A DNA stretch of 63,797 bases, the filler included, from Octopus bimaculoides (taxonomy: Eukaryota), in assembly GCF_001194135.2 (NCBI RefSeq). It is 3 parts of 3 records of this genome, joined end to end, with 100 filler letters (N's around TTAATTAATTAA, not from the genome) between each part and the next. Parts side by side here need not be neighbours in the genome. Positions count along the whole stretch, not along the records: positions 61,654 to 63,797 come from NC_068981.1; 2 more parts are not named here. The stretch is one strand, 5' to 3'. A program made the translations under genes and the position numbers. The number at the start of each line of letters is the position of its first letter. Within the stretch, counting starts at the first letter, position 1. Positions 61,554 to 63,797 of this stretch are shown here, in pieces. The notes under the pieces were generated by a model, which worked only from the letters and a program-made list of their open reading frames with translations, was not told where the DNA came from and did not search any database.

Positions 61554-63754
61554 NNNNNNNNNNNNNNNNNNNNNNNNNNNNNNNNNNNNNNNNNNNNTTA
61601 ATTAATTAANNNNNNNNNNNNNNNNNNNNNNNNNNNNNNNNNNNNNNNNNNNNACCACCACCACCACCACCACCATAACCACCACTTCCATCAAACGTCT
61701 GCACACGTAGATAACTGTTTGTGTTGGTTTGCTTATGTAAGAACATCGGCTCGTTCCGTTTTTGTCGCCTTCCTATTACACACACCAAGACGGACACACG
61801 TTCCCACATACTCACATACACACACAGGCACCTCTATCAACACACACCTCTGCTCACTCTCATACATACAAATATGCCCATACATATACATATACATATA
61901 CATATCTACATCTACATCTACATATACATATCTACGCAGGCTTTGGATTGGTGATTTGTGACTTAAATATGGAGGGTTGGCTTCTCCGAAAATTTTCTCT
62001 GTTATTCTTTTACTTGTTTCAGTCATTTGACTGCGGCCGTGCTGGAGCACCGCCTTTAGTCGAGCAAATCGATCTCGGGACTTATTCTTTGTAAGCCTAG
62101 TACTTATTCTATCGGTTTCTTTTGCCGGGCCGCGAAATTAAAGNNNNNNNNNNNNNNNNNNNNNNNNNNNNNNNNNNNNNNNNNNNNNNNNNNNNNNNNN
62201 NNNNNNNNNNNNNNNNNNNNNNNNNNNNNNNNNNNNNNNNNNNNNNNNNNNNNNNNNNNNNNNNNNNNNNNNNNNNNNNNNNNNNNNNNNNNNNNNNNNN
62301 NNNNNNNNNNNNNNNNNNNNNNNNNNNNNNNNNNNNNNNNNNNNNNNNNNNNNNNNNNNNNNNNNNNNNNNNNNNNNNNNNNNNNNNNNNNNNNNNNNNN
62401 NNNNNNNNNNNNNNNNNNNNNNNNNNNNNNNNNNNNNNNNNNNNNNNNNNNNNNNNNNNNNNNNNNNNNNNNNNNNNNNNNNNNNNNNNNNNNNNNNNNN
62501 NNNNNNNNNNNNNNNNNNNNNNNNNNNNNNNNNNNNNNNNNNNNNNNNNNNNNNNNNNNNNNNNNNNNNNNNNNNNNNNNNNNNNNNNNNNNNNNNNNNN
62601 NNNNNNNNNNNNNNNNNNNNNNNNNNNNNNNNNNNNNNNNNNNNNNNNNNNNNNNNNNNNNNNNNNNNNNNNNNNNNNNNNNNNNNNNNNNNNNNNNNNN
62701 NNNNNNNNNNNNNNNNNNNNNNNNNNNNNNNNNNNNNNNNNNNNNNNNNNNNNNNNNNNNNNNNNNNNNNNNNNNNNNNNNNNNNNNNNNNNNNNNNNNN
62801 NNNNNNNNNNNNNNNNNNNNNNNNNNNNNNNNNNNNNNNNNNNNNNNNNNNNNNNNNNNNNNNNNNNNNNNNNNNNNNNNNNNNNNNNNNNNNNNNNNNN
62901 NNNNNNNNNNNNNNNNNNNNNNNNNNNNNNNNNNNNNNNNNNNNNNNNNNNNNNNNNNNNNNNNNNNNNNNNNNNNNNNNNNNNNNNNNNNNNNNNNNNN
63001 NNNNNNNNNNNNNNNNNNNNNNNNNNNNNNNNNNNNNNNNNNNNNNNNNNNNNNNNNNNNNNNNNNNNNNNNNNNNNNNNNNNNNNNNNNNNNNNNNNNN
63101 NNNNNNNNNNNNATATATATATAACAGGCTTCTTTCAGCTTCCGTCTGCCAAATCCACTCACAAGGCTTTGATCGACCCGAGGCTATAGTAGAAGACACT
63201 TGCCCAAGGTGCCACGCAGTGAGAATGTACCCGGAACCATGTGGTTGATAAGCAAGCTACTTACCACACAGCCACTCCTGCGCTTATAACCACTCCTATG
63301 CCTATCATAATCAAGGATAAAATCTCTATAGGATTTTATGAAGTAGGCAGCATATAAAAACCAATTAAGGCAAAAATTAATACAAAGTATTTAATTATAT
63401 AAATATAATTATAAGATTATAATAAGGGCAACTAAGAAGTAATGCCACCTGCTAGAAGAAGATGCCAAATGGCTCTAAAACTACCTTCTGTATCACATAG
63501 ACACGCGTTGAAAATGACGGTATGAACAAAAAAGATGTATCCATAAATCCATCCATCCATCCACTCATCCACTCATCCATCCATCCGTCCATCCATCCAT
63601 CCATTTATCCATACATACATACATACATACATACATACATGTGTGTTTCGTTGTGTTTGCATACATACATAGACTTATACATACATGCAAACATATATAC
63701 ATGTGTATTTGGGTGCAGTATGATATATGAACTTCGAGTGTGTTTGTGTGTGTT

Positions 63755-63797
<43 letters not shown>

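Noticed and set aside
503-63199. Long ORF-track entries containing X runs or YIYI/THTH/VCVC/poly-residue stretches
   Set aside because: Produced by N gaps and microsatellites; not coding evidence.

Overview
AT-rich, microsatellite- and gap-rich eukaryotic genomic DNA. The repeat families and intron style suggest an octopus or other coleoid cephalopod; this is my inference, not a database result. No prokaryotic features, CRISPR arrays, rRNA or intact tRNA genes were found. Most ORF-track entries are artefacts of N runs or simple repeats. Host genes: (1) FAIM on the minus strand, with its first coding exon at 4400-4513 and a probable non-coding exon near 5733-5800. (2) A divergent plus-strand gene with eight phase-compatible GT-AG exons (10085-26363) whose last exons match the CEP70 C-terminal region. 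FAIM and CEP70 are also head-to-head neighbours in human. (3) Two spliced minus-strand exons (51932-52081, 50892-51092) of an unidentified, possibly kinase-like gene. The rest is mobile DNA: RTE, R4-like, L1/Tx1 and CR1 LINE relics, several tRNA-derived SINE families, three Penelope-like (PLE) fragments, mariner, Tc1, maT, hAT, Helitron and MITEs. The most unusual signal is a pair of different repeats that carry the same minimal hammerhead-ribozyme architecture. One lies inside a tRNA-headed, TSD-flanked 237-bp retroposon (19844-20080). The other is a U3-A8 compensatory variant (52373-52409).
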